A DNA stretch of 64,000 bases from an uncultured Methanoregulaceae archaeon (GTDB lineage Archaea > Halobacteriota > Methanomicrobia > Methanomicrobiales > Methanospirillaceae). Below, in pieces: positions 38,571-49,298 of the stretch (position 1 is its first letter; the number at the start of each line of letters is the position of its first letter). Location: positions 1,120,001-1,184,000 of the forward strand of contig OY970061.1 of the NCBI GenBank assembly GCA_963705255.1. The letters run 5' to 3'. Below the pieces are notes generated by a model, which did no database searches, was not told where the DNA came from, and saw only the letters and a program-made list of their open reading frames with translations. The position numbers and the translations under genes were made by a program.

Positions 38571-39665
38571 TCAGGAAGTTTTCCGCGGGTCTTTTCCGGT
38601 AAACCGGTATTTTCCTTTCGGCACGGAGATCTCGAACCTGGCCCCCATGCCGTAGGTGCCCGACTCTTTTATCGAGAACCCTGATATGGTGAGGATCTCC
38701 TGTGAGAGGAAGAGCCCGAGCCCGGTATTTTTCCCGAACCCTCTCTCGAAGATCTTCTGCTTCTCCTCTTCATGGACGCCAACACCGTCGTCATCGTAGA
38801 CAAGTGCGATATCGCCAAGGCCGTACTTGAGGGAGGAGATCGCGATGTGCCGGACCCGTTCACCATGGCGGAGGGAGTTGTCGACAAGGTTCTCGAATAC
38901 TTTCACCAGCAGGGGATCGGCAAACACTTCAAGCCCGGGCAGGTCGATGTGCAGGTCCACCCGTCCTTCGGGTAACAACGAGGACAGCGGCTTCAGAACG
39001 GCGGACAGGTCCTGCCACTCGGGTGCCCGGACGCCGATCTCCTCGTAATTCCTGGTGAACTCGATCTGCCGCCGGATGGTCTGGGCCGCTGCCTCTTCCT
39101 TTTCGATATAGCGCAGGACATCCGGGTCGGTGACCTTCACCTTCGAGAGTTCGAGGAACCCCACGACCGCCTGGAGCTGGTTCTTGATGTCGTGGCGGGT
39201 GACGCTGGAGAGGAGCTGCAGTTTCCGGTTGGCATTCGCAAACGCCTGCTCGGAAAATTTCAGCCGTTCGTTCACCTCTGCAAGGCTGCACATCCTGACC
39301 TCGAGCTCATCCCGGTAACAGTTCATCATCTCCACGACCGATCCGACGATAAATGCGACCAGGATCAGCATCAGGGCCCGGAGGATCGCGTCGGGGGTGA
39401 TGGATCCGGCCAGGACCCACGAGACCGCAATATGGAGGACACCGAAGAACAGTGCCACCCAGATCGCCTTCCGGCCGTACCAGAGCCCTGCGACGACAAT
39501 GATGAGGTAGTAAAAATGGGTATAGACGATGGAGATTTTCAGGAGGTAGTGGATCACCAGCTCGAACCCGAGCCCGGCAAGGATGAGGATTGCAAGCGCG
39601 TACGGTTTCACCGAGTCCAGCGCCTTCCACCACGAACCGGCTCTCGCGCAGAGATCCATCTTCAC
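38571..39665 (-). CDS. Membrane sensor histidine kinase
   Basis: N-terminal TM sensor; SSVTRHDIKNQL H-box, NLVDNSLRHG, DDGVG, TGLGLF. Confidence 0.9.
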   Translation of the reverse strand: MKMDLCARAGSWWKALDSVKPYALAILILAGLGFELVIHYLLKISIVYTHFYYLIIVVAGLWYGRKAIWVALFFGVLHIAVSWVLAGSITPDAILRALMLILVAFIVGSVVEMMNCYRDELEVRMCSLAEVNERLKFSEQAFANANRKLQLLSSVTRHDIKNQLQAVVGFLELSKVKVTDPDVLRYIEKEEAAAQTIRRQIEFTRNYEEIGVRAPEWQDLSAVLKPLSSLLPEGRVDLHIDLPGLEVFADPLLVKVFENLVDNSLRHGERVRHIAISSLKYGLGDIALVYDDDGVGVHEEEKQKIFERGFGKNTGLGLFLSQEILTISGFSIKESGTYGMGARFEISVPKGKYRFTGKDPRKTS

Positions 39666-39900
39666 CTGTCCACCTGTCGTACTGGTATTCTGAGTGGTTT
39701 GGGGGGTATGTACATGTATTTATCGCTCCGGGCCTCCTGCACTGCAATCGGGAACCAGATGGAACAGACGCCGTTTTTTCCTCAGGGGGCCCGGCTCTCA
39801 TCTTCGCCCGGCCCTGCCCGGCTCCCACGTTTATAATACTCCACAGACAAAATTACACAACAGATCCTGCGGTAAACCAATACGCGGTGGGGGATATGAG

Positions 39901-41343
39901 ATGGAATTCAGGAACAAGGTTTTGATCATCGGGTATGGGGCGGTCTCCAAGTGCATGTTCCCCATCCTGCTCCGGCACGTGAACATCCCCCTGGAGAATA
40001 TCACCATCGTCGACTTCAAGGACAAGTCGGCGGACCTCAAGGCCTGGACCACCCGGGGCCTTCAGTTTTTCAAGAAGAGAGTCAGCCCGAAGAACCTGGG
40101 CGAGACCCTCTCCGAGTACCTTGCACCCGGCGGGCTCCTGATCGACCTCGCGTGGAACATCGACTGCTGCGAGATCGTCCAGTGGTGCCACGAGAACAAC
40201 GTGCTGTATGTCAATACCTCGGTCGAGGTCTGGGACCCCGATGCGGAGAAGTTCACGGCGACCCCGTACGAGAAGACGCTCTATTTCCGGCAGATGAAAC
40301 TGATGGAGCTGACCCGGGACTGGAAGGATGCCACCACCTGCGTGGTCGACCACGGCGCCAACCCGGGCCTGATCTCCCATTTTGCCAAGCACGGCCTTGT
40401 CGATATTGCGGGGCGGATGGTCACCGACGGGATCGCGCCGGACCCGGAGCGGATCCTTACCCTTATCAAAAATCAGGACTTTGCCTCGCTTGCCATGGAG
40501 ACCGGGGTCAAAGTCATCCACTGCTCGGAGCACGACACCCAGATCTCCCGCTCCCCCAAGAAAGTGGACGAGTTCGTCGGCACCTGGTGCATCGAAGGGC
40601 TCCGGGAAGAGGGCACCGCTCCCGCAGAGATCGGGTGGGGAACCCACGAGAAGGAACTCCCCGCCCGGGCGATCATCCCCCCCGTAGGCCCGAAGAACGG
40701 GATCCTCCTGCCCCGGATGGGGATCAACACCTGGGTACGGTCCTGGATCCCCTACCAGGAGATTGTCGGCATGGTCATCCGGCATGGCGAGGCGTTCGGC
40801 ATCTCCGACCGCTGGACGGTCTGGAAAGACGGCAAGGCGATCTACCGCCCGACGGTTCATTACGCCTACATGCCCTGCGATGCCACGATTGCATCCATCC
40901 AGGAACTGCGCGCAAGGAACTACGAGCTGCAGCCCAAACTGCGGATCATGAGCGACCGTGAGATCGTCTCGGGTGCCGACATTCTCGGGGCGCTCCTGAT
41001 GGGGCACCCCTACAACTCGTGGTGGACAGGCAGCATCCTTCCGATCGACGAGGCCAAGAAACTCGCGCCCGGCCAGAACGCGACCACGATCCAGGTCGCC
41101 CTTGGCGTGGTAAGTGCGGTGATGTGGATGATCGAGCACCCCCGGGAAGGGTTCTGCCTCCCCGATGACCTGCCGCACGAGTTCGTCCTCGAGATCGCAA
41201 AACCGTATCTCGGCGAGTTCTGGTCCGGGCCGTCCGACTGGACGCCCCTGAAAAACCGCGTGGTCTACTTCAAGGAGAACCCGGAGAACGATTACGACCG
41301 GGAGGATATCTGGCAATTCAAAAACTTCTTATTCGTACAGTAA
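39901..41343 (+). CDS. hss: Homospermidine synthase
   Basis: IIGYGAV NAD motif, YVNTSVEVW, DHGANPGLISHF, KVIHCSEHDTQ, FVGTWCIEG..EEG, YRPTVHYAY, QNATTIQV, WQFKNF. Confidence 0.88.
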   Translation: MEFRNKVLIIGYGAVSKCMFPILLRHVNIPLENITIVDFKDKSADLKAWTTRGLQFFKKRVSPKNLGETLSEYLAPGGLLIDLAWNIDCCEIVQWCHENNVLYVNTSVEVWDPDAEKFTATPYEKTLYFRQMKLMELTRDWKDATTCVVDHGANPGLISHFAKHGLVDIAGRMVTDGIAPDPERILTLIKNQDFASLAMETGVKVIHCSEHDTQISRSPKKVDEFVGTWCIEGLREEGTAPAEIGWGTHEKELPARAIIPPVGPKNGILLPRMGINTWVRSWIPYQEIVGMVIRHGEAFGISDRWTVWKDGKAIYRPTVHYAYMPCDATIASIQELRARNYELQPKLRIMSDREIVSGADILGALLMGHPYNSWWTGSILPIDEAKKLAPGQNATTIQVALGVVSAVMWMIEHPREGFCLPDDLPHEFVLEIAKPYLGEFWSGPSDWTPLKNRVVYFKENPENDYDREDIWQFKNFLFVQ

Positions 41344-41355
41344 ATCAATCATATA

Positions 41356-42573
41356 ATGACAAAAACAGCGGTCGACACGAAAAAGAGGCGGAAGAAGAAA
41401 GGGAATGACGAGACTCCCGTCCACCATATCGGGAAGGCCCGGCTGGAACTCCTCCAGGTCCTTGCCCGCGAGCACGGGACACCCATCTTTGTTATCGATC
41501 ACGAGAAAATCCGGGAAAACTACCGGGAATTCCGGGAACACATGCCCGATGTCCAGATCTATTTTGCCGTCAAGGCCAATTCCAACCCCGAGATCGTCAA
41601 AACTCTCTACGACATGGGGTGCAGTTTCGACGTGGCGTCCATGCCCGAGTTCATGATCGTGTACGAGAACATCAAGACCATGCCCAAGAAGGAGCGCCTG
41701 GACTGGATCTGGGACAAGATCATCTATGCCAATACCATCAAGCCGATCGAGACCCTCGAGGCCCTCGACCAGTACAGGCCTCTCGTCACCTTCGACAACA
41801 TCTACGAGCTCCGGAAGATCAGCGAGCATGCCCCGCACGCCGGCCTCGTACTCAGGATCCGCGTGCCGAATACCGGCTCCATGGTCGAGCTCTCCTCCAA
41901 GTTCGGCGCCCACCCGGGCGAGGCGGTCGACCTGATCGTCTCGGCGTTCGACATGGGCCTCGAAGTAGAGGGGTTGAGTTTCCACGTGGGCAGCCAGTGC
42001 ACCAACTTCGAGAACTACATGCAGGCCCTCCAGCTCTCGGCAAATATCATCAGCGAAGTGGAGACCCGGACCGGGCGGAAGATCCGGATCCTCGATATCG
42101 GCGGCGGTTTCCCGGTGAAGTACCACCCCGGCATCCGCTCCATCCGGACGCTTGCCAGGAAACTGAACACCGAGATCAAACGCCTCTTCCCCAAAGACAT
42201 GCAGATCCTCGCGGAGCCCGGACGGTTCCTCGTGGCCAATACCTGCACGCTCGTCTCAAAGGTGGTCGGCAAGGCATTCCGCGACGGGAAGCCCTGCTAT
42301 TATATCAACGACGGGGTCTACCATACGTATTCAGGGCAGGTCTTCGATCACATCAATTACCCGGTCCTGCCGTTCAGGGATGGCGAGACGCAGATCTCGG
42401 CGGTCTTCGGCCCGACTTGTGACGCGTTCGATACGATAACCCTCTCTGCGGAACTGCCGGACCTCGATATCGGAGACCTTGTCTATTCCGAGAACATCGG
42501 TGCTTATTCCCACGCTTCGTCCACGTACTTCAACGGGTTCCCGCCCGCTAAAGTGGTGCATATCAACAAGTAA
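41356..42573 (+). CDS. Fold-III PLP decarboxylase, likely ornithine decarboxylase
   Basis: YFAVKAN PLP Lys, FDVAS, SFHVGSQ, LDIGGGFP, AEPGRF, FGPTCD, FNGF. Confidence 0.88.
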   Translation: MTKTAVDTKKRRKKKGNDETPVHHIGKARLELLQVLAREHGTPIFVIDHEKIRENYREFREHMPDVQIYFAVKANSNPEIVKTLYDMGCSFDVASMPEFMIVYENIKTMPKKERLDWIWDKIIYANTIKPIETLEALDQYRPLVTFDNIYELRKISEHAPHAGLVLRIRVPNTGSMVELSSKFGAHPGEAVDLIVSAFDMGLEVEGLSFHVGSQCTNFENYMQALQLSANIISEVETRTGRKIRILDIGGGFPVKYHPGIRSIRTLARKLNTEIKRLFPKDMQILAEPGRFLVANTCTLVSKVVGKAFRDGKPCYYINDGVYHTYSGQVFDHINYPVLPFRDGETQISAVFGPTCDAFDTITLSAELPDLDIGDLVYSENIGAYSHASSTYFNGFPPAKVVHINK

Positions 42574-43131
42574 TTTTTTTTTGCGCCGGATAACCAGCAA
42601 AAGTGCTCTAGAAATCATTGGAACGATATTCTGACGCTCTTGGGGGAGACCGATACGAAGTATCGGGCTGGAGAAGAGTCATCAGGCTCTTCGACTCGTA
42701 AATCCGCAGTCGAAGAATTCTGATGAATTCTTCTCCAATTAATCCTCGCTGTGTGACGAAGGAACACGAGAAGAGAGCCATAAGGCTCTCTTCGCTGATG
42801 CGACGATTAATTCCCCACCGCCAGGGCATCCCCCATAATGCGATAGTCACTCAGAAGGTTAGCGAGAAATTCCCGGGAGAACAGGAGGAATTAATAGATG
42901 GGGGTCAAGGGGGTGCACCCCTTGGGCTGATTGAGTAGTCATCAGACTACGAAATCGAGAAGATGCATCCGCATCTTCGCTGCCTCCCCCACTGGGGGAG
43001 AGAGAGGGTCACACTCATAGATTCCTCAGGTGGTTTACAAAAAATGAACACTGACAGGTTTTCTTCAGCGCAGATAAAAGCGATGATCATTTCAGGTTAT
43101 TTTTTTTACCCGGTAACGTCCACTACTCCCA

Positions 43132-44028
43132 ATGACAGGGAAGTGGGAGGGGAACACAGACGGGCTGTCGGCCGGTACTCTCACCCGTGTCCACCTGACC
43201 AACCTTGGCAAAATGATGTTCCCTGCGGCCAGGGTCACCAAGGAAGAGGTCATCACCTACTACATACGGATGGCCCCGCGGATGCTCCCGTTCCTGCAGG
43301 ACCGCCCGCTCACCATGCACCGCTTCCCGGACGGTGTGGGCGGGGAGGATTTCTACGAGAAAGATGCCCCCCGGGGGGCCCCGGACTACGTGGACACCTT
43401 CACCCGCCGGTCGGAGACTGCCGGCCGCGATGTGCACTTCGTGGTCTGCAACAACCTCGACTCGCTCATCTGGCTTGCCAACCTTGCCTCCCTTGAACTT
43501 CACATCGCCCTCTCGACACAGGCTGCCTATGATTCCCCCGACTTCCTGCTCTTCGACATCGACCCGGAACCGCCGCTTACGTTTGATGATGTCCTCATCG
43601 TTGCCCGCGTAGTCCGCCAACATCTGGAGGATGAAGGGATCCATCCGTACGTGAAGACCTCCGGGAAAAAAGGGCTCCATATCGTCGTGCCCCTTTCCTC
43701 CGGCCACAGGTTCGATGAAGTCCGGGCATTCGCCCACAGTACCGGGAAACGGATTGCACGGGACATGCCGTACGTGGTCTCCGAGTTTCCCCGCTCCCGG
43801 GACGCCGGGACCATCTTCATCGACTACCTCCAGAATGCCCGCGGGAAGACCATGGCGGCCCCCTACTCGCTCAGGGCGACTCCCGGTGCGAGCGTATCCG
43901 CACCGCTCGAATGGGACGAGATCCGGGAGGGGACCCGTCCCGAAGATTTTAATATCAGGACAATGATCTTCAGGAAAGAGGATCCATGGAGGGGAATCTT
44001 TGAAGACAGGCAGTCGATCAGAAGATAA
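43132..44028 (+). CDS. ligD: NHEJ primase-polymerase (stand-alone LigD Pol domain)
   Basis: LTNLGK, RPLTMHRFPDG, FYEK, LIWLANLASLELH, FDIDP, KTSGKKGLH, FIDYLQNA.GKT.AAPYS.RA. Confidence 0.92.
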   Translation: MTGKWEGNTDGLSAGTLTRVHLTNLGKMMFPAARVTKEEVITYYIRMAPRMLPFLQDRPLTMHRFPDGVGGEDFYEKDAPRGAPDYVDTFTRRSETAGRDVHFVVCNNLDSLIWLANLASLELHIALSTQAAYDSPDFLLFDIDPEPPLTFDDVLIVARVVRQHLEDEGIHPYVKTSGKKGLHIVVPLSSGHRFDEVRAFAHSTGKRIARDMPYVVSEFPRSRDAGTIFIDYLQNARGKTMAAPYSLRATPGASVSAPLEWDEIREGTRPEDFNIRTMIFRKEDPWRGIFEDRQSIRR

Positions 44029-44071
44029 GCCCGGCAGCCGGTCACGGAAAGACCGGCCCAGGGATGAGAGC

Positions 44072-44968
44072 ATGGTTGCCGGTACAGTACCGCTGATAGC
44101 AGATGGTACGGTGGGCCGGCAGACCGGAAGAACGAAAAAGTCCGTCTCCTCCGTCCCGCCGGAGCCGCGGGCGGAAGGTTCCCCGGCTGGCAGGGCCGGG
44201 CGGTCGTTCTGGAGCGGCACCATCTCCATCGGCCTGATCAACGTACCGGTCAGCCTCCACACGATGACGAGGGACCGGTCCTTCTCCTTCCGGCTGCTCC
44301 ACCGCGGCGACGGGCAGCCGCTCCGGTACGACCGGGTATGCACAAAGGACGGTCGGGTGGTCCCCTGGGCTGAGACCGTGAAGGGGTACGAGGTCAGGAA
44401 AGGGGAGTTCCTCGTCTTTACACCCGATGAGCTGAAAGCGGTGATGCCCGAATCCGACCGGAAGATCCGGATCGAGAAATTCGTGTTCTACCTCTCCCTC
44501 GACCCGATGTACTTCGAGACCAGTTACGTGCTCCTGCCGGACCGGAGCGAGGAGGCGTATGCCCTCCTCGTCACCGCCCTCCATGACCTCGGGCGGGCGG
44601 CGGTCGGGAGCATCACGCTCAGGACGAAGGAGTACCCCGTCGTGGTCCATGCCTATAGCGGGGGGCTCGTACTGACCACCCTCCGGTATGCCGACGAAGT
44701 CACCCCGCCCCGGGCATTCGACGTGATGGCCGCCCTCCCGGCCCCGAAGGAGACCGAACTTGCCCTTGCAAAGCGGATCATCTCGGAACTCTCCGGGGAT
44801 TTTTCCCTTGCCGGCTTCCACGACCGGTACCGGGAAGCCGTCATGGCGCTGATCGAGAAGAAACTCGCCGGGGAGAAACTCGTGTACCAAGAGCCCAGCC
44901 ATCCCGAGGAGGCAAAAGAGCTGATGCAGGCCCTGCAGGAGACGCTTGCCACCCTCTCCGGTAAATAA
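44072..44968 (+). CDS. ku: Ku DNA end-binding protein
   Basis: SFWSGTISIGLINVPVSL, FRLLH, VKGYE, IEKFV, YFETSY, AYALL..AL, L.YADEV, F.DRYREAV..LIE.K, LMQAL..TL; start uncertain. Confidence 0.93.
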   Translation: MVAGTVPLIADGTVGRQTGRTKKSVSSVPPEPRAEGSPAGRAGRSFWSGTISIGLINVPVSLHTMTRDRSFSFRLLHRGDGQPLRYDRVCTKDGRVVPWAETVKGYEVRKGEFLVFTPDELKAVMPESDRKIRIEKFVFYLSLDPMYFETSYVLLPDRSEEAYALLVTALHDLGRAAVGSITLRTKEYPVVVHAYSGGLVLTTLRYADEVTPPRAFDVMAALPAPKETELALAKRIISELSGDFSLAGFHDRYREAVMALIEKKLAGEKLVYQEPSHPEEAKELMQALQETLATLSGK

Positions 44969-44991
44969 CCTGCCATGTATCCTGATCCTCC

Positions 44992-46591
44992 ATGAAACGA
45001 TACCTTCCCATGCTCCCGGAATCCGCTGCCGGCCCGTTCAGCGGCGACGAGTGGCTCTTTGAAGTCAAGTGGGACGGGGTCCGGGCGATCGCCTACGTGA
45101 ACGACACCCTGTCGCTCATGAGCCGGAACGGCAGGGAACTGGCGGGACAGTTCCCGGAACTTGGCGGACTCACCACCCTCGCCCCGGGGACCGTGCTGGA
45201 CGGGGAGATCGTAGCGATGAGCGGCGGGAAGCCCGAAATCCAGGCCCTCCTCCCCCGGGTCCAGGCTGCTCCGGGGGCTCCCTCCACGGGACGGGGAAGT
45301 CCCTGTCACCTATATCGTCTTCGACATCCTTGAAAAGGACGGAAAGGACCTGACCGCCCTCCCCCTCTCCGAGCGGATGAAGGTCCTTGAAGGTTCGGTG
45401 AGGGAGGGGCCCCACGTGGCACTCTCCGTTCCCGTAATCGGTCGGGGGGAGGAGTATTTCCGGGCCGCAGTCGCCCGGGGACTCGAAGGGGTCATGGCAA
45501 AACGGAGGGACAGTCCTTACGAGTCCGGCGTGCGGAGCGGCTCCTGGCTGAAGATCAAGGCTCAGAGGACCTGCGACTGCGTCATCGCCGGGTATACACC
45601 GGGTCAGGGCCGGCGTGGGGCGGCATTCGGTGCCCTCCTCCTCGGCCTGTACAGGAGCGGAGGGGAGGGGGGTTCTCCTGCGGGAAAAAGGGGCTCCCGA
45701 CGCACCTCCCGGACCGTGCCCGACCCGCCGTACGCCCGGAGCCTTGTCTCAGTGGGCAAAGTCGGGACCGGCTTCCGGGACCAGGACTTCGCGGACCTTA
45801 TGGCGATCTTCTCGCGCTACCGCACCCCGGTCCCGCAGCTGGAGGAAGACGGACCCGCAGGGGAGGTTGTCTGGCTGGAGCCGGTCCTCGTCTGCGAGGT
45901 GGCATTCCAGGCAGTGACCCGGGACAGGAAGCTGCGGATCGCCCGGTTCATCCGGCTCCGCCCTGACAAGCAGGCAGAAGAGTGCACCCTGGACCAGTTC
46001 CGGGAAACAGAGGTCCGCAGCGGGCCGGGAAAATATCCACCGGAACTTCCTTCCACTGCCGGAGCGGGGAGTGCCGGGGGCGTCCTTCCCCAAAGAAAAC
46101 CGGTACAAGGGGGCCGGCAGCGGGGACCGGCGCAGGAACAGGCAATGAGGAGTTATCATGAACTACGGAATTTTTCACGGACAACGGAACCGGAGGGAGC
46201 GACGACCATGAGCGGTGAGGGGAGATCTTTTGTCATCCAGGAACACCACTCGCACAAACTGCACTATGACCTGAGACTGGAGCGGGACGGCGTACTCAAA
46301 AGCTGGGCGGTGCCCAAAGGCGTACCGGAGGCCCCGGGAGCAAAGCACCTCGCGGTGGCGGTCGAGGACCACCCGCTGGAGTACAAGAATTTCGAAGGGA
46401 CGATCCCGGCCGGGGAGTACGGGGCCGGTGAGGTCATCATCTGGGACAGCGGCACCTACGATACCCGGGCCTGGCAGGACGACAAGATCGAGGTCACCCT
46501 CCACGGGAAACGGCTGTCGGGGCATTATGTCCTCGTCCGGTTCAAGCGGGCCGGGAAGAGCGAGTGGCTGGTCTTCAAAGCCGGGAGTTGA
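44992..46591 (+). CDS. ligD: ATP-dependent NHEJ ligase with an in-frame C-terminal 3'-phosphoesterase (LigD PE) domain; 1-nt frameshift near 45295
   Basis: EVKWDGVR (I), LDGEIV (III), YIVFDIL (IIIa), EGVMAK (IV), WLKIK (V), OB-fold VGKVGTGF...F.RLRPDK; linker; then YHELRNFSRTTEP, FVIQEH...HYDLRLE, KSWAVPKG, VEDHPLEY. Confidence 0.9.
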
Positions 46592-46715
46592 TCGGGGAGA
46601 CTGCAGGCCGGGGCCTGGTGGCCTGATGGCCTGGCCCGCAAGCGGGTTTCCGGTCCGGACCATATGCCGAATCGCCAATAATTATCATGCCAGACGATGA
46701 GACGTAGTACCAATA

Positions 46716-48162
46716 ATGCCGGATCACGATTCCATATCCGTCCTCTACGTTGACGACGAGATATCGCTGCTGGAAATCACCCAGCTGTTCCTGGGAAAGG
46801 CCAGCGGTTTTTCTGTCAGGACGACCACTTCCGGGGCAGAGGCACTCGATATCCTCTCGTCCGGCAGGTTCGACGCTATCCTCTCCGATTACATGATGCC
46901 GCAGATGGACGGCATAGAATTCTTAAAGCTCGTCCGGCAGCAGGACCCCGAGGTCCCGTTCATCCTCTTTACCGGCAAGGGCAGGGAAGAGATCGTTATC
47001 CAGGCGATCAACAACGGGGCCACGTTTTACGTACAGAAGGGCGGCGACGCGACGGCCCAGTTCACCGAGCTCGCCCACAAGATCCGCCAGGCAGTCTCCG
47101 CCACCCGATCCAAGGAGGCACTCCGCCAGTCCGAGATGCTCCACCGGACCATCTTTGAGACCTCCCCGGATGCCATCACGCTCACCAACGCGGACGGGAT
47201 CCTCAGTTACACATCTCCGGCCGCCATCAGCCTGTTCGGCCTCGCATCGGAGAAGGACGCTCTCGGCACACCCCTCTTTGACTGGATTGTCCCGGAGATG
47301 CGCGAAGAGGTAAAAGAACGTGTCCTCCAGTTCATCCGGAGTAAATCACCGACCTCGTCGTCCGCACTCTTTCTCCTGCAGAGAAAAGACGGGACCCGGT
47401 TCCATGCCGAGATCAGCTCGTCAGTGCTGACCGGCGCCGACGGAAAGGCGGTCGGGATGATCTCAATCCTCCGCAACGTGACCGACCGCATAGCGTCAGA
47501 CGACGCACTCCGGAAGGCCGGCGCCAAGCTGAACCTGCTCTCGTCGGTGACGAGGCACGACATCCTCAACCAGTTGACCGTCCTCATAGGGTACATCGAG
47601 CTCGCACGGCGGGCAAAAGACCCGGCCGCGGTACAGGACTTCCTCCGGAAGATCGACGAGATCGCCGGGATGCTGGGCGACCAGATCGAGTTCACCAGGG
47701 ACTACCAGGAACTCGGCGTGCACAGCCCCAGCTGGCAGTGCGTCGCTGACATCGTCTCCCGGGCAGCATCCGGGCTGGGGACGGGGGATGTGAAGGTTGT
47801 CAACGAGTGCGGGGGGCTCGAGGTCTTTGCCGACCCCCTGTTTGTCAAGGTCGTGTACAACCTGATCGACAATGCCCTGCGGCACGGGGGACCGGTCAGC
47901 ATCATCCGGTTCCGGTACCGAGGAGAGCGGGGATGACCTTGTGCTCTTGGCCGAAGATGACGGGGAAGGGGTCCGGGTGCAGGACAAGCAGAAGATCTTT
48001 TCCAAAGGTTTTGGCAGGAACACCGGCTTTGGCCTCTTTCTCGTGCGGGAGATCCTTGCAATCACCGGCATGAGCGTTGCAGAGACCGGGTTCCCGGGCA
48101 CGGGTGCACGGTTTGAGATCGTGGTGCCCCGGGGGAATTTCCGGTTCCGAAACGCAGAGTAA
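46716..48162 (+). CDS. Hybrid receiver-PAS-histidine kinase; 1-nt frameshift near 47918
   Basis: VLYVDDE, SDYMMP.MDG receiver; PAS; SSVTRHDILNQL, NLIDNALRHG; EDDGEG, TGFGLF in the next frame. Confidence 0.88.
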
Positions 48163-48356
48163 GATAAAACGGCTTTTCGCTGAAAGCAGGCCCCGGAAGC
48201 GTGACACATGAGGGTTCTGTGCCACAGGTCTGTGGGAGACCCGGGGTTGGTCCCGACACCAGAACGGTTGGTTTTCTGTCCCGTATCACTTCACATACCG
48301 GCCCCGCCGCCAGTGACCCCTGACAGATCTCTTTACCGGCTCCCGTGAGAGGGCGG

Positions 48357-49103
48357 TCACTCACCAATCACGACCGTCGCCTTCTCGTCGAACGGGTTCG
48401 TCCGCATCGCAAGGCTGAACAGGTACGGGTAATGGTTCTTCAGGTATTCCATGTACTTCAGCCACTCGGGCACCAGCCGCACATACCCCCGCTCCATGTC
48501 GCCGACGAGGTGGGCGATGTCGGAGGGGGGCAGGTGCAGGAGATCGGCCCGGGCCTTTAACTCCTCATCAAGATGGGTGACCGCGAGGATCAGGTCCGTG
48601 AAGGATTCGTGCTCGAAGACCATCGGGTTCTCCACAATGCGGAGGAGAAAGTCCTCATTCTGCAGGAGAAATGCCCGCAGCGCTTCGCGGTCGACGCGTG
48701 CCGGGTCGATTCTGCATTTCCAGCTCGTCAGGCCCTCGTGTGCTTCACGGAACCGGTCCGCGGTCCAGTCAGTGCCTGCCACCATCTGTGACTGGAGAGG
48801 CCCGGGGCATGGATCGGCCCAGGCGAGCATGGCGAGCAGCGGGGTCCCGATCCGGGAGAAGAAGATCCCGATCACCATGTTCATCTTCTCCAGCCGCTGC
48901 TGCCGCTCCCGGGACTCCAGCATCTGGTCGATGACGAGCGTGACGATCAGGACTTCGATGGGGATGAAAGCCAGATCCGCGAGCAGGTAGGTGAACAGGT
49001 AGCGTGAATCCTGGAATAGGAGGTAGTGAACTGTCATCAGCAGGAGGGTCAGCGTCACCAGACCGATGCCCGCGATCGCTTTCCAGCGGGTCTCTTCCTT
49101 CAT
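48357..49103 (-). CDS. Conserved hypothetical membrane protein
   Basis: Two N-terminal TMs; DLAFIPIEVLIVT, KMNMVIGIFFS.IG, ENP.VFEHESFTDL, YPYLFSLA.RTNPF. Confidence 0.75.
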   Translation of the reverse strand: MKEETRWKAIAGIGLVTLTLLLMTVHYLLFQDSRYLFTYLLADLAFIPIEVLIVTLVIDQMLESRERQQRLEKMNMVIGIFFSRIGTPLLAMLAWADPCPGPLQSQMVAGTDWTADRFREAHEGLTSWKCRIDPARVDREALRAFLLQNEDFLLRIVENPMVFEHESFTDLILAVTHLDEELKARADLLHLPPSDIAHLVGDMERGYVRLVPEWLKYMEYLKNHYPYLFSLAMRTNPFDEKATVVIGE

Positions 49104-49298
49104 GATGTGGTATCTGGTACACGACCAGATAAAAAAGCCGGTGCTGTCCCTCCCTGACAGCGGCACCAGTCCGGCAATGCCCGGTCCATTCTCCGGTCAA
49201 TGAAGGAAAAATATGAATCCGGTACCTTTTCCAGTATAAAAGATGTGATCGGTTCCAGGGTACCGGACTTCAGCAGACAAGCCCGGTTTCGTCCTGTC

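Noticed and set aside
39853-41316. Long antisense ORF (487 aa) and many similar shadow ORFs (e.g. 3293-4507, 35560-36957, 61567-62763)
   Set aside because: They mirror well-supported genes; GC-rich codon bias suppresses stops on the opposite strand, and the translations carry no recognisable motifs.
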